Assembly: GCA_012026655.1 (NCBI GenBank)
Contig: JAAILG010001066.1
Location: forward strand, 1-64,000
Direction: 5' to 3'
From: Hydrolagus affinis
Taxonomy: Eukaryota
Length of the DNA: 64,000 bases
Of this stretch, positions 50,211 to 64,000 are shown piece after piece. Position 1 is the stretch's first letter. Each line of letters starts with the position of its first letter. The notes under the pieces were generated by a model. That model worked only from the letters and a program-made list of their open reading frames with translations. It was not told the DNA's origin and made no database searches. A program made the position numbers and the translations under genes.

Positions 50211-51467
50211 GAATTAGACAGCCATCAACACTAATTGTCTACTGACAGTTTCTGCCTTTCATCCAAAAGGAATCAAAACAGAAGTGTGTGAAAACCTTTA
50301 GTGCGCTATAAAATAAAATGGCACTAGAGATAGAAAAAGGTGGCATCAGGAATGGACCAGATCCAATTAAGGATTTGTATCTAGGAAAAGTCGTCCTAAC
50401 AAAGTTTCTAAAAAGCCCAGAAATGTGGATTCACAGGTTCAGAACACAGATCTTTTTTTTGGTTAGCCAGATTTTGTACATATGCTGAATGTCATCACCA
50501 TGCTTGAGAATATCACATGATCACACAGGATGAAGAAGACCCTTCAGTCCATCTGATCTCATCCTTCCAGAATACTTCCTATCTTGAAATTATCCTTTAC
50601 AATACAAAACCTATGGCGCCTCGATGCAGCTTTATGTATTGAACTGGGTTTGCTATTTCCAACTCCTTTTCAATGTTTTACACGTATTTACACCCTCCTA
50701 GTCATCCAAACAAGACTAAGCATTTCACAAATGTATGCCAGTTTTACATGGGAATGTCCCTGTGTCTAGAATGGAATACGCTCTCTCTCTCTCTGGAAGG
50801 ATGTACCCTGTTTTAACTAATGAGAATATCAGGCACAGGTTGGTAATAGCCAAGCCTTGGGGGACTGCAAAGATGGGATACTGCTGGAGATTAGTCAGCT
50901 AACCCCACATTCAGAGCACTGTGGCAAGCACCTTGCTGCTTGTCCAGCTAGGATGCCTTTACTCATTAGGATTTTGGCATGCAGTTGTGAAGATGGTAAA
51001 GCAAGGACTGACACAAATTCTCCAATCAATTAATATTTATTAATACAAATTAGTTAAGGAATGGATATCAAAGTTATAGGTTTCATCAAACCAAATTAAT
51101 GCTTACGACAGGTTAGTAAAGTTCACTGCATGAATTGTCCAACTAAAGTTGCTTTGATGAGGGATCGCCTTGCCTTGTTGATTGTAGTATATCCCTCTTT
51201 TTCTCTATATTATTTACTGTAGGTAAACAGTAGGTACACCGTTTCCAAAACTCAGCTCCGCTCCTTTCCCTTTAGACTCATCGACTTTACAAAGACATCT
51301 GGCCATCAGCTCCACAAATATATCTTTTTGTCAATCATCTCCTCCTGTTACCAATATCCCAATAAATGTGAACATACCCTCACCTAGATCAGATTCCAGC
51401 AGCTTGTTTTAAACAAGTAAGAAAAAGCCTGAGAAAGTCAATTTTGTAGCCAATGACAGTGTCGTAA

Positions 51468-51762
51468 CAACTAGGGGGTCACACTTTTAAGATTAGGGGT
51501 CAGCCTTTTAACAAAGTTGAGGAAACACTTTTTTACTCAGAGGGTAGTGAATTTATGGAATTCTCTACCTCAAAAGGCTGTAGATGCTCAGTCCTTTAAC
51601 ATACTTGAGATTGCGATTGATAGATTTCAAAGGGATTAAGGGATATGGGGATAAGGCGGGCAGGTAGAGTTAGATTAGAAGATCAGCCATGATTTTATTG
51701 AATGGCAGGGCAGGCTTGAGAGGCCGAATGGCCTACTCCTGCTCCTAATTCTTATGTTCTTA
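51468..51762 (+). mobile_element. CR1 LINE 3' end
   Basis: GGCCGAATGGCCTACTCCTGCTCCTAATTCTTATGTTCTT terminus. Confidence 0.88.
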
Positions 51763-53039
51763 CAATGATGCTGAAGCATTTTGTTCTGTAAACATTCTTT
51801 CATAGTTCACAGCTGCAGGTTTTCTGAAGAAAACAGATCTGTGAAGTTTAGCGATTATTTTGGGGTCAACTCAAGCAACTCAGAATTCTGATTGCTTACA
51901 CAGGGTTAATAGGAACTCAGTGGGAAGAATCCCTGCCCCCGGGCTTCCCCCAAGAAGGTCCATTGGCCTGCCAAAACAACCCTCTATTTGCAATATACTG
52001 TAGCATCCATTTTTATTCCTTAATGAGTCCAGGGTCTTGGGTTCTAGTACCATTCCAGGTAACCTTTTTGGATTGAATAAGAATTAAGTATGATTGTTAG
52101 ATAACCTATTACTAGTTGATAATGATGCTTTGTGTAAATAAATAATTCTTGGTGTTTGTCCTGAAATTGCCTCTTGCAGCTCTGAATCTGTACACACTTG
52201 TTCTGTTGCGTTGGTGTATCTGAAATTATTGATCTGGATTTTATTTTCTCTATCCAAATATAATCTTATGTTTCATTATATGGTCCAAAATAAGACTTCT
52301 CTTTTCAAAGTTAGAGTTCTAACTTGTCTGTTTGTTCCTTATACAGTATAGTAGTTCACTCCTCTGATAAAGATCATTCTTGTTGCTCTCTTGGGAGGCT
52401 GACAGTTGCTTAATTCACCTCTCTTGCCCCAACTGTGATTCAAGCCTTACATCTGGCATCTTTGCATTTCAAGGACATTGTATGATTATGCTAAACCCAT
52501 CTGCTCACCCTCACTGATGCTTTTGTCACCTCAAGCACTTCAATCTTCTTGACACCAGCCTTCTTAGCTTCACTCCTGACATGAATCACAGCATTCAACT
52601 CAAATTTCTAGATCTAGATTCTCTTCTATACCCGGTCTCCCCAGACCCATTATCCTAAGCTCATAAAGCTCCTCTGAGTTCCAGCACCTCCTAAATTTAT
52701 ATCTCTTTGACTTTGCTTTTGATGAACTTCCCTAGTTCCTTCTTCTCTTTCCTTGGGGCTTTTAAAAAAATCATATTTTATTAAGCGCTTTGACAAAATA
52801 ATACTTTCAGATATGTCAAAGTGGCAGGGCAAGAGGACACAAGTTCAGCATTGCTAAGAGCAATTTTGGATGGTTGAGGGTAGGACATAGTTTCATGCCA
52901 CAATGGGATGAAGGAATTCTGAAAGAAAGAGATCAAATGGCCTTCATTTAAATCTTTCACCCCTGATGGGTGACAGTCTGATAGTCAAACTTTCAATTTA
53001 AATGCAAAGACAACAAATGTGAGGATTATTTTGAACTCC

Positions 53040-53215
53040 GGTTTGGCTGACACTGCAATAGAGTGCTGAGGAACAATTGAATTGTGGAGGTACCATCCTT
53101 CAGATCTAATGTTAAACCAAGGTCCCGATTTTCTGTGCAGATGGACCTTAAAGATCCCATGGCATTTTGTAAAAAGATTGGAGTTTGCCCTTGTGTTCAG
53201 ACCAATAATCCTCCA
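53040..53215 (+). mobile_element. Deu-type SINE core fragment
   Basis: GGCTGACACTG...GTTAAACCAAGGTCCC...AAAGATCCCATGGCA. Confidence 0.7.
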
Positions 53216-53324
53216 GTTAAAATTGATAATTAACTTCAGACTGTTCAGCGCTTGGAACGTGCTCCCGACGTGAAAGGCGCTATATAATTGCAATTTTGTT
53301 GTTGTTGTTGTTGTGGGACATTGT

Positions 53325-53900
53325 TCAATGTCACCTCTTGGCTGGACTATTCCTATGCCCTCCTCGACGGTCTCCCCTCCACCACACTCCATAAAATCCA
53401 ACTAATTCAAAACTCTGCCGCCCGCATTCTCACCCGCACCAAACTTCGCTCTCCCATTAGTGAGACTGTCCTGTAAGACTTCACTGGCTCCCTGTCCCAG
53501 AGAGGATCGGTTTCAAGATCCTCACCCTTGTTTTCAAATCTCTCCACTCCTCTGCACCCCCTACCTCTCCGACCTCCTCTCTCCTCAAACCAGCATTTGT
53601 TTCCTTTGCTCCACCGGGTCTGGCCTCCTCCATGTCCCCTGAATCCTCCGTTCCACCATCAGCGGCCGTGCATTCAGCCACTCCGCTCCGAGGCTCTGGA
53701 ACTCACTTCCTCACTCCCTTCGCCTCGTTCCCTCTCTTCCCAGTTTCAGATCTCAGCTGAAGACCTTTCTCTTCGACCGCGCCTTCGGTCACCTTTCTAT
53801 CCCTGCCCCTGGCTCGGTCCCGGGATCTGTAGTTGTGAAGCTCTCTGAGACGCCGTCCGGCGTGGAGGGTGCTATATAAATCAAAGTTGTTGCTGTTGTT
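53325..53900 (+). mobile_element. L2 LINE 3' end
   Basis: [38 protein letters not shown]; tail GTGCTATATAAATCAAAGTTGTTG. Confidence 0.9.
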
Positions 53901-56799
53901 GTATGCAAATTGACTGCGATTTTTGCCTAAGAACAATGCAGTCAATTCACTTTACAGATGGCACTTTATGACATCTCCTCACATGATACGGATGATGTGA
54001 AATCGTTGGTTCGATGCTGAGGAATTTTTGGAACAAAAAAGGAAATCAGACCCATTGTCCAATTTTCTTTGAAGGCAAATATATACATTTGCATATAGCA
54101 AAGATAAATCACATGAATTGGATTAAGGCTCATTAATTTTCAAGTTCAATAAATTTCACAGAATTCAAACCTGGAAAATATTCATGAGATCACCCTAAAC
54201 GCACCCTAAAGTATTATTTTACCCCAGGTACCAATGAGACAGTTTTAACTGTTCACTTGTTATTGAGGCACCCTTGAAGCCTTGTGGCTAGAAAATCCAG
54301 ATTAAACCTGACATGAAAGGGCATTCTTGGAGAAATTAATTTTCATCCTGCCGTGCCTTTCAATTCTGCACAGAAGAAATAGAATTTAGGCGTTTTCCCT
54401 TATTGTCCCAAAGTAATCCTACATATTAGACTCCATTAACATGTACTCTGTCTACACAACACTAAAGGCTTTTTGTTATTTGCAATATATTTCGGGGAAA
54501 ACTGGCACTAGAAATGACTTGTGTGTCAAATTACAGCTGCGTTCGGATCAATTTACTGCATTCAATGTTTCATCCAAAAACAATGTGAATCATGCTTTTT
54601 AAAAACATTTTCCATTTACAATGGAATCACAGAAACAACACAGGCATTGTTCAGGCATCTTACTGGTTCATTATTGTGCTTGTCATTCCGTTTTAGTTTG
54701 TCGGACTATCTTAAAATATTTATATGGTTAGCAAATTAAAGACATATAATAAATTCTGAATGAGTTCAGGTTTGATATTCATTTTTTTCTGCTTTAAAAA
54801 ACCCTTCTAAATTGTATTTTTGCTAATTGTACTATATATAGAAATTGTTATGTTTCAAAATTTAAAAGATAAACTGGCACCATCTGGACAATTGTTGATT
54901 CATGGCAATGAACGTGATAAGCCTGAAAAAATCAAGTAACTCATAAAGAAAAGAAAATAATTATTAAAATCATGAGTGAACTGAATGCCATCATGAGCAC
55001 TACATTTGGATCCCGAGGCTGAATTTATAATGTACACTTGGCAGTCAATGCTTGAAATATTGGCATTGATTCATCACCAAACTTACAGTATAAATGGGGG
55101 TTTAGTCAGGGTTGGAGTGACACTCCTGACAATGTGCAAGAGATGGTTTCAGTCTACACATAACACGGGCAAATTGCACTGAGTTTGTCCTCCAATTTTT
55201 TGAATGGCTGAAGCACTTTTAGTGAATCATTTTTCAATGTTGTGCAACTGTTTCTTTCTCAACATTTAACAATGAATGCCCATGTTTCAGAATTCTGTAA
55301 ATGTGCAGCCTCCTATAAGTAGAGCACTTCAAATCTGGAGGTTGCTTTTCTACAGCTCTATTTTGAAGAATGGTAACTGTAAGTCGAGCTTCTTCTCACA
55401 CCACTGTCCTGCTGGGAGCAAAGCAGCTTGGACTCTCAGTGTATAAACACCAGCATATATATATTGTTGATATGGGATAAGGAACTTAAACCTTATAAAT
55501 GACAGGTGTGTGTTATGTTCTACTGGTAGTCTGGCCATGAAATTAATTATTCTATAGTGTGCTATGGTGTGCTCGAAAAACACATGTAAGCACATTTTAG
55601 GTGTCTATCAACAATTTGTTTGAATTATGTTACTCGAGCAACACTACTTATCCAGTATAAAATGAAAGCCACTCTCCATATGTCATTTCAGCACCTGAGA
55701 AATAAATATATTTAGGAAAATGGGAAAGAGCTGGAAGGTGAGATTCGAAGAAAAAGAGCAACTTATAAACACAGAGGTAATGGTGGCACAAACACAATGG
55801 ACTGAATAGCCCTGTGTTTCTGCATTAAAAGTATGTATTTAAACAAATTATAGTGCATGATAGGAAGGCAGTAAACTACTTGGATAGACTTGTACTTTAA
55901 TGTAACTTAGAGGTTGACAGAGTACTCACGTGATGATGGTTAGCGTGACAGAAAATCGTCTGATACAGGATTGACCGCCTACTCCACTCAGTTGCTAACC
56001 TGAGCTAAATTGAGCAAGGAGGTGCCGTGTGAACCAACAGAGGATAGGGAATTTTGAACCAAAATGCCACACCTGGGCAACGCTTCCTTGCTACATTCTG
56101 GTAACAGCAATAGGTAGCAGCCTGGAAGCAATGCACACACCTGACTGCTGGACTATAGGCATTGGGATAGACACGTGAAGACAGGATACAAATCCGAAGA
56201 AAAAGAAGGAAACAAATCAAATAGCCTCCTAAAACAATTGAGCCATTTCTGGCAATATTGTAAAGTCATCAAAAAGAAATGAAGATTTATTAAATTCTTG
56301 CATCAGGCTTTATTTTATTTCAATCTATTTCTGGGAAACTGGCAGTAGAAATGACTTGCATGTTAAATTACAGATGTGTGTATCAAAATATTCTATTCTC
56401 AGATAAGTAGGATGCTTATCTTTTAAAATTGTGGAGTAGGAAACCTTTTGCCAATATTTTAGGTTGAAGTAAAGTGAAGCATATATTTCCATTTAAAAAT
56501 AACGAGATGCATTAGCCTCAGTTCAGGCTTCTTCTTATTTTTATTTGTGACAGTTTTGCGATGATCTTATATATAAAGCTCTTACTTCCACATGCTTCCT
56601 TTGAGAACTGTTGTTCATGCAGTTTTAATGCTGCAGCATTTTCTAAATGGAGTTTAGAAGCATTTCGAATGATAAGTACTAAGCTGTGTGGCCAGGTGAC
56701 AAATGTAGGGAAGATCAACAGCATTAAAAATATCTTAACCAATCAAGTGAATAGGCTAAGAAATGGTAGATGGATTTTAATTGAGATAAATGCAAGATA

Positions 56800-57180
56800 A
56801 TGCTTATTGGAACAGGAAACAGCAAACGTGTGCAAGATGAAAGGGTGTCCATTAGTAAAGGTGAAGATGGAAAAGGATTTGGGTGTGATTATTGATCATT
56901 CACTAAACATTTCCATTCAATCTCGTGCTGCTACACACACGACAAGGATACATTTCAAGGATATTTGATCGTAAGCCAAAATAAGTTATTTCAATGTGCA
57001 TAGATGATTGGTGAGGCCATGGTTAGAATACTGAGTGTTATTTTGGCCCCTCTACCTACAAAAAGACAAGGTTGAAAGAAGAATGGTTAGATCAAGTTTT
57101 AATGATGAGATATACAAAGCTGATCTTGTTATCATTTGAGAAAAAATGGGGAGGGGAATATTCAGATATTTGAAATGCTC
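56800..57180 (+). mobile_element. Old CR1 ORF2 fragment
   Basis: EKDLGVIID and LVRPWLEY motifs, interrupted by stops and frameshifts. Confidence 0.7.
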
Positions 57181-58734
57181 AGACATAACACAGTATTTAA
57201 TTTAGGTAGGAGCTTTGTGTAAAGAAAGCCATATAAATGCAAATTGTTGTTGCTGTAGATATGTGTAACGGATTCCCAGCAAAAACAGCTGATGCTGCAT
57301 TGAATAAACACCTTTAAACACATTTCTTAAAAGTTGGGAACTATATAACAGGTTATAGAGATAGTTATAGACAAAGATAAAAAATATTCCACAAGGTCTG
57401 ATATTACTAAGTTGCTGGTATCAATGGAGGTGGGAGGAAGGGCATGGTTGGTGAAACACAGCCGGCCAATGCTATCGTAGAGAGGCCATCACAGACGTTA
57501 ATAGCTACCTGAGAGGTATAATCTGCATTCCATTATTTTACATGCTATTGATGGGCTAATGGACCTGTAATTGCCTGGGTGAGTTCTGTTGCGCTTTCTG
57601 AGTATAGGTATTACATTTGCTGCTCGCAGTCTTGTGGAACCTCAGCAATACTTAGCAATTCGTAATGATAGTTAGTATCACAGACATTTCCTTCCTGGTC
57701 TGCTTCACCACTCAAGAATATATTCTGTCTGGCCCAATGAAACCTGCTAGCCTCAGTTATGTGCAAATCAGTTCCAGTGTCTGCTATGGATTTTGAATGT
57801 TTATATTTGGGTTATTCTCTTTTCTGAGGAAGTTAAATTTAAAGAGAAATAGCTTTATCAAAGATATACAGTACATTGATACAATCCTCAGTAATTGTCA
57901 GAATATTGCTTGCTGTTTCCCTATATTGTATACTGTACCAATTGTTGCATCTAATGGCAAGAACCTACACTGTATAACATAGAAAGGAACAAAAAAAACA
58001 CAGAAAAGACTGGGACTCAAACATTGGCAAAATATCAAAGGGAAAGGATTGATAGAACACAGAAACTGACAGTCAGGTGGATCAATGAGTGTACCACAAT
58101 AAGATTATATTCCATGTGTGTTATATTGTTTTGTTTTATTTTTCTTGTGCAGTATTGCTTCTGTGCACTATACGATTATGAGCAGTGCTTACTGAATAAG
58201 ATGCTTAGGCAGCATTTTCACAGCTGGGTTCCAGGTGACTCGTGCATTGGATAGCGAGGCAATATCTTAGAAACCTGTCACTTGCCTGCCTAAAAGTGTT
58301 AGCAGTCTGATGTGCTAGGAATGAGAGGTAACTCCCAATGCAATGCTTATGAAGGGCAAACCTCAGATGACTGACATCCTTCTTAATATGTGTAGGAGAA
58401 CTGAACAATATGGCTCCGTATGCGTGAGTTGTTGCCAAGAAGCTCCACAGAGCTGTTTTGTTTAATATATTTGGGGAGTGAATATTGTGCTTATCAAGGT
58501 GAAGATGTCATTGCTGAAGACTGGAACACTTTTTTTTCACTTCTGTTAAACACTGCCATACTACAATTAGCAAAGTGAGATGAAGAGCCCAAAATCTGCC
58601 TCAAAGCTGTACATTAACCTCAAATCCAGATCACCATTCACACAATCAATATGATTTTGCATCTTGTACTAAACCATTCTAAAGCCTCAGTTGTTGAGTT
58701 CACTGGATTATCAATTTATATTCTGGTTTGAATA

Positions 58735-58850
58735 ATAATCCTAAATAATCATCCTTGCATTTTGATATACCACCTTGTCATGTCCTGGAGTCTCAAAACA
58801 CTTCACGGAATATACATAAAGTGTATTGACTGTATATTTGTGGGTGGCTC
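58735..58850 (-). mobile_element. SINE 3' tail fragment
   Basis: ATCCTTGCATTTTGAT...CTTCACGGAATATACATAAAGTG, the reverse complement of the family tail. Confidence 0.7.
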
Positions 58851-59619
58851 ATACCTCCAACTATGAACGTGTTCGGATGACAAACTATTTCCACTTGGCA
58901 TCCTTACAACCAAAGGTTTTTAACCTTTGTTGGACTAGATTTGAACAAAGAACTGGATGGTAAAAGGGTAAAATGCTAAACCATTGTGCCATCCATTGCC
59001 CAAAAACTGTGATTTGCTTTCAGCAAGCAAAATAATGTTTTAGTCAAAAACAATGTTCATAAAACATTCATACATGTAAATAATTAACTACATTAAATAC
59101 TGCTCACTTATCACAATCAACTTTATCTTCCACTGGCAACTTCCATATAAATTGCCTAATAAAGCTCAAGGTTGTTTGCTGAGGGAAGAGGGGAGGAAGA
59201 GTACTTGGATTGATTCAGCCTTTATATTGTCCAATAATGTGGAGGTGTAGACTGGCTGAAAAATTGGGTTTAGTGAAGCGAGAGGTATTAGTCTGATAAG
59301 CCTTCAAGGAAGAACAAGTTAATGCTGGAAAACAAGAAGGGTGCAATAAAACAAAGAAAAACAAATGCTGAAAAATCAAACAGTAGAATGTCTAATTTTT
59401 ACAAAACCAGAAGAAAAATTAATACATTTGGAAATGCAATGGCACAGTGTAACAAAGAGGAATGTTTTTAGGAGGAAGTTAATCTCTGCCAACTATTTCT
59501 CCTCTCACTCTTGTATAGTCACTTGCAGAGTATGTATACAGGTGAAACTGAAATCTAAATTTTCACTGCTAGTCTCAATGCTGCACTGATCACACGATTA
59601 CAAGATCCCAAGATTTATT

Positions 59620-59785
59620 CGCTTGAAGAAAGCCATTTGGCCCATTTGATCTCATCCTTTCAGAAAATCCACATACAGCCTTTCTATCCCAGCATCAAAC
59701 TGATTTTTTAATATAAACAAGAAGGGTGCAATAAAACATATATATGAGTCCACATACTGGCTTCAACCACTCTTCCTGGGAATGA
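59620..59785 (-). mobile_element. CR1 3'-end remnant (related copies near 14210 and 50530)
   Basis: AAGAAAGCCATTTGGCCCATTTGATCTCATCC motif shared by the three loci. Confidence 0.55.
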
Positions 59786-59994
59786 GTGTCAACATCTTAT
59801 ATTTTAATATGGACAACACAGAGGAAACCCACCTCAACTGCTGCCAACATCTCCTTAGCTCTGGCTCTGACTTCCTCAACTGCCGTCGATGCTCCCTTAA
59901 ACTCACTGACTTACCTCGATCCTAAGCTATCTTTAGGCCTTGGGATGTCCTCCGGACATGAAAGGAGCTTTACAAATGTAGGATCTGACCTCCT

Positions 59995-60260
59995 CTTAGT
60001 CCCCTGAATCCTCCATGCCACCATCGGTGGCTGTGCCTTCAGCCACCACACCCCGAGGCTCTAGAACTCCCTTCCTCATTCCCTTTGCCTCATCCCCTCT
60101 CTTCCTATTTTCAGGTCTCGGCTGAAGACCTTTCTTTTCCACCGCACTTTTGGTCACCTTTTTTGCCCTCCCACTGGCTTGGCCCCGGGATCCGTTATTG
60201 GGAAGCGCTCTGAGATGCCGTCCAGCGTGGAGGGCGCTATATAAATCCAAGTTGTTGTTG
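59995..60260 (+). mobile_element. L2 LINE 3' end
   Basis: Closely matches 53635-53900. Confidence 0.85.
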
Positions 60261-60339
60261 GTGGTGGAGGTGTTGGTGGCCATACCCTCAGCCACTGTGT
60301 TCCAAATTTCTGGAACTCCTTTCCTCAACCCATACATCG

Positions 60340-60770
60340 GAGTCCTGTAGCTCAGTGGTTAGAGAGCTCACTTCATAAGTGAGAGAACATGCGTTCGATT
60401 CACAGGCAGGTCAAAGTATTTCCCCACAACAACAACAACAACTTGGATTTACAAAGCGCCCTCCACGCTACAAGGCATCTCGGAGTACTTACTCTATATG
60501 CCTCTATTCACATATCAGTAAGCAGGAATCCAGTTATTAGTCGATTGGTGAATCGATTTTCCGTGGGTAATAATCCCATCAAAAATAACAATCATTATTT
60601 GGTCACTGAATTAATCACTCTTTGTGGGACACTGCTGTGTGCAGTTAGCTGTCGTATTTCACACACAAAATGCACAGTTAATTCACTTTACAGTATTTTC
60701 TGTGGAATGCTTTGAGGCACATCAAAGACGTGACAAGGCCTATATCAAATGCAAGCATTATTGTTATTAA
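60340..60770 (+). mobile_element. tRNA-derived SINE with an inverted L2-type tail inserted at about 60428-60490
   Basis: TAGCTCAGTGGTTAGAG head, GTTCGATTC B box, family tail. Confidence 0.82.
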
Positions 60771-60825
60771 TTTGCCCCCTCTTCAAATCACACCTGAAGA
60801 CTTTACCTCTTCTCACCCCTCCCCC

Positions 60826-61065
60826 TCAAAGCGCTTCACAAAATATGCTGTAAAGTGAATTGACTGTATATTTGTGGGTGAAATGCGGCAGCCAATTGCT
60901 CACAGAGGCATCTCACAAACAGTCGTAGATTGAAATGACCAATTTATTATTGTTTTTTGGAGGGATTATTATCAGGGGTGTAGAGAAAAGAAACTTGCCC
61001 AAGGTTTCGCTCCCAGGTGTCTCGCTTGTAAGGTGAATGCTCTAACCACTAAGCTACAAGACTCT
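60826..61065 (-). mobile_element. tRNA-derived SINE
   Basis: Reverse complement of the family; tail-to-tail with the copy at 60340-60770. Confidence 0.85.
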
Positions 61066-61296
61066 GGTGATATATGTGATCCCTAAGAGCACTTTGATTT
61101 TTTCCCTATGGAAAGAAAGAAAATGAAAGTGAGCAAAGAAAATAATACAAATTAATGTAAAAATGATAATGGGCCTAACTGGTTTATCACAAGTCAACAA
61201 ATATTCATCTATTAGAAAATATTAAGCTTCCAACATAAACCCAGTTTTCTTATATCGCAAAATTGCAGAGAATTCCAAACTTTAAAAAAGAATAAA

Positions 61297-62105
61297 CTAT
61301 AGAATCATAGAATCTTACGGCACAAAAGGAGGCCATTCGGCCCATCGAATCTGTGCCAGCTCTTTGAAAAGAGCAACTCAATCTCACTCCCCAGTTCTCT
61401 CCCCATAACCGCACACGTCCTCCCCAAATAAATGTCTACCTCTCTTTTAAAAGTTGTTACCGAATCGGCCTCCACCACTTTTTCAGGCAGTGCATTCCAG
61501 ATTTGAACAACTTGCTGAGTGAAAACATTTCTCCTCACCTCTCCTCTGCTTCTTTTAGAAACTATTTTAAATCTGCGACCATAAGTCACTGATGAACCCA
61601 CCAATGGAAACAAGTTTTCCCTGTTTACTCTGTCGAATCCTCTGTTAGGTCTCCTCATAACATTCTCTGCTCCAATGAGAATAAACCTAGCCTCTCTCGC
61701 CTTTCTTCATAACTGAAGTCCATCATTCCTGGTACCATCATAGTAAATCTCTTCTGCACTCTTTCCAATGCCTTAACATCCTTCCTAAAGTGTGATGACC
61801 AGAATTGAACACAGTACTCTAGCTGAGACCTAAACAAAGTTTTACAGAGGTTAGTCAGAACTTCTTGACTTTATTACTCTATGCCACTATTTATAAAGCC
61901 TAGTATCCCGTATGCTTTTTTAACATCCTTGTCTGCCACCTTCAAATAATCATTTACACAAAACCCCAAGATCTCTGTTCCTTCACACCCCTTAAAATTG
62001 TACTATCTAGCCTATATTGCCTCCCCTCATTTCTCCTCCCAAAATGCATCACCTCACATTTCTCTACATTAAGTTTCATCTGCCACGTGTCTGCCCATTT
62101 TACCA
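61297..62105 (-). mobile_element. CR1 LINE 3' end (ORF2 C-terminus), degraded
   Basis: RSQLEYCVQFWSSHFRKDVKALERVQKRFTMMVPGM...YEERRERLGLFSLEQR; (ATTCTATG)n-type tail. Confidence 0.93.
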
Positions 62106-64000
62106 TCCACGTTATATTTTAAACTTTCAATAAACCAATCCTATTTGTTCATGTTTCAGAAGAAAATAACACTTTTTCAGTTTGTTTTCTCTAATCTATA
62201 GTTCTTAGGTAAAAGTGACACAAGAGATTTATGGCTGCTCTCGACTCTTAAGAGTTATGAAACCTTTCTAGCACAACAGAGACTATTCAGATAAATCAGA
62301 ATGAATGATATTACTCACTACAAACGGGACTATCAGTATGAGGTCTCAGTCATCATCCACACACTATATTATCTCCATAAACCAATAAGTTCTTTTATGC
62401 GGAATTAAAGCTTTGCATTTAACATGGTTCAACTGCTTCTGGAGACACCGTAAAATGATATCTTTCTGTGGCAAGATAATTTTGACACTTTATGTGCAAG
62501 GGCATTTAAATGCCAATATTTTTATTTTTTAATAAACCAAATATTATACATGTCCAAAAAATAGCATTGAATCCAGGCTATAAACAAGAATATTTATTTA
62601 TATGAAGTGTTATTAGCCGGAAAGGTTGAAAATTTACAGTAATTTGCTATACAAATTAGAATCAAATATTATAGATATGGTCACAAAAGGATAAAGGGGT
62701 GTTATAAGCAGCATAGGTGACTGCCATTGTTTCTCTAGAAGCATTTTAACAAACCCCTCTCCCTCTCCAAAGTGTAATCTCAGCAGTCAGGCTTCTTCAA
62801 TCATATTGATTCCTCATGGGTACCTTCACTTAGCTCTACATCACTCAAAGGTTATCAAGGCTCCGCTCACTTATTCAGTTGACTAGGTATTCCAGTCCTA
62901 TCTCTTTTGTGCTACCTATTCTTAGTGAAGATGAAAAATCGAGAGGGAATTATTTGTTTAATAATAGTATTGAAAGTTCAAAACCTCACCTGTAATTATG
63001 TTCTGTTTTAGATTATAGAGTAACATAACTGAAGAGGTTTATTTAAATCAATGGTGGTTATCTCACCCATATAAAGTAGTGCCTTCAATATTACTTCTCA
63101 TGTAGGACTGTGCCAATAGTTGTACAGCCTGATCGTTCACTGCCAAGTGATATGTGTTTTGGTAAATTGTCAGATGATATCAGTAGACTTTGTTCCATTA
63201 TCTCAGCTGTAGTTTGATCATGAAATAAATCTTTAAACGTGCTTCGATTCCCCGAAGGTACACAGAAAATCTTAACCTGCGCTGCAGGTGTAGGGATACT
63301 CTTTTTTTTAAGTGCTGCAAATACATGCCAACTGTATCCTATCTCCAAAACATTGCACATTATCCAACAGATACAGTATTCATTTAGCTTCCCCTAAACT
63401 AACCATTGAGTAGATTTCATGCTTCTTTCAAGAGAAAGAAATTAAAGTTTAAACATAAACAACAACAAAATTATATTTATATATATGCCTTTCACATCGG
63501 GAGGACGTCCCAATGCTCCAGTGCCCCAAGCCAATTAAACAAAATATCTTCATCAAAGCATGTTTTGTTGCTCCGTATTTCTCTTGACTCTTAATTCAGT
63601 GCCAAAATGTATTACTGAATCTCCAACTTGTCATTGGTTGCTTGTTAATTAGTGAGTGGCAAGTAAAAGGACATACAGTTGCTGGACTGTCAGAACAAAA
63701 GCGTTTAAACTTTTTTAATTCAATTCAAATTGTGTTTTAACTGTTTGGTCTGGTCATGTAGGTTAAATATTACTGTAATATTGGCAGAACCATATCGCTT
63801 GGATGTGAGTCTAAGTTGTGGATAGGTGCGACAAAAATTTAATTTTTGTAATGTAACCTGGGCAGGTCCAAAGTACTTCAGGGAACTACTGATGACAGTC
63901 CACCCAGCCTGCTCATCAGCAGAACTTGGGGGTGTAGATTCTTAATTGTTAATTGTTAACCATGCTAGCCAACGTACAAATAGTGGTCCGAAGTGGACCA

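Noticed and set aside
45200-64000. A second protein-coding gene downstream
   Set aside because: Recognisable ORFs are L2 or CR1 fragments and no exon chain was found, although small exons cannot be excluded by eye

Overview
Vertebrate nuclear DNA, not prokaryotic. The window holds coding exons 3-13 of PPARGC1A (PGC-1alpha) on the + strand (12565-42927). These are 11 GT-AG exons with consistent phases, totalling 2199 nt (732 aa plus stop). Exons 1-2 were not found and should lie upstream. A 3'UTR follows the stop codon, then about 19 kb with no recognisable gene. The repeats (tRNA-derived and Deu-type SINEs, L2 and CR1 LINE 3' ends, Penelope-type hairpins, Tigger/pogo and hAT-type DNA elements) and the protein point to a cartilaginous fish, plausibly a chimaera such as Callorhinchus; this is inference. 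There are two 100-N assembly gaps. I found no convincing wholly new biological system. The best leads are palindromic Penelope-like elements with hammerhead-ribozyme-like cores, an LF-SINE-like element, deeply conserved 3'UTR blocks, a MEF2/ERR/ETS motif cluster in intron 2, and lineage-specific changes at PGC-1alpha phosphosites and splice sites. Comparisons to mammalian sequences and repeat consensuses are from memory and need alignment. Repeat boundaries are approximate.
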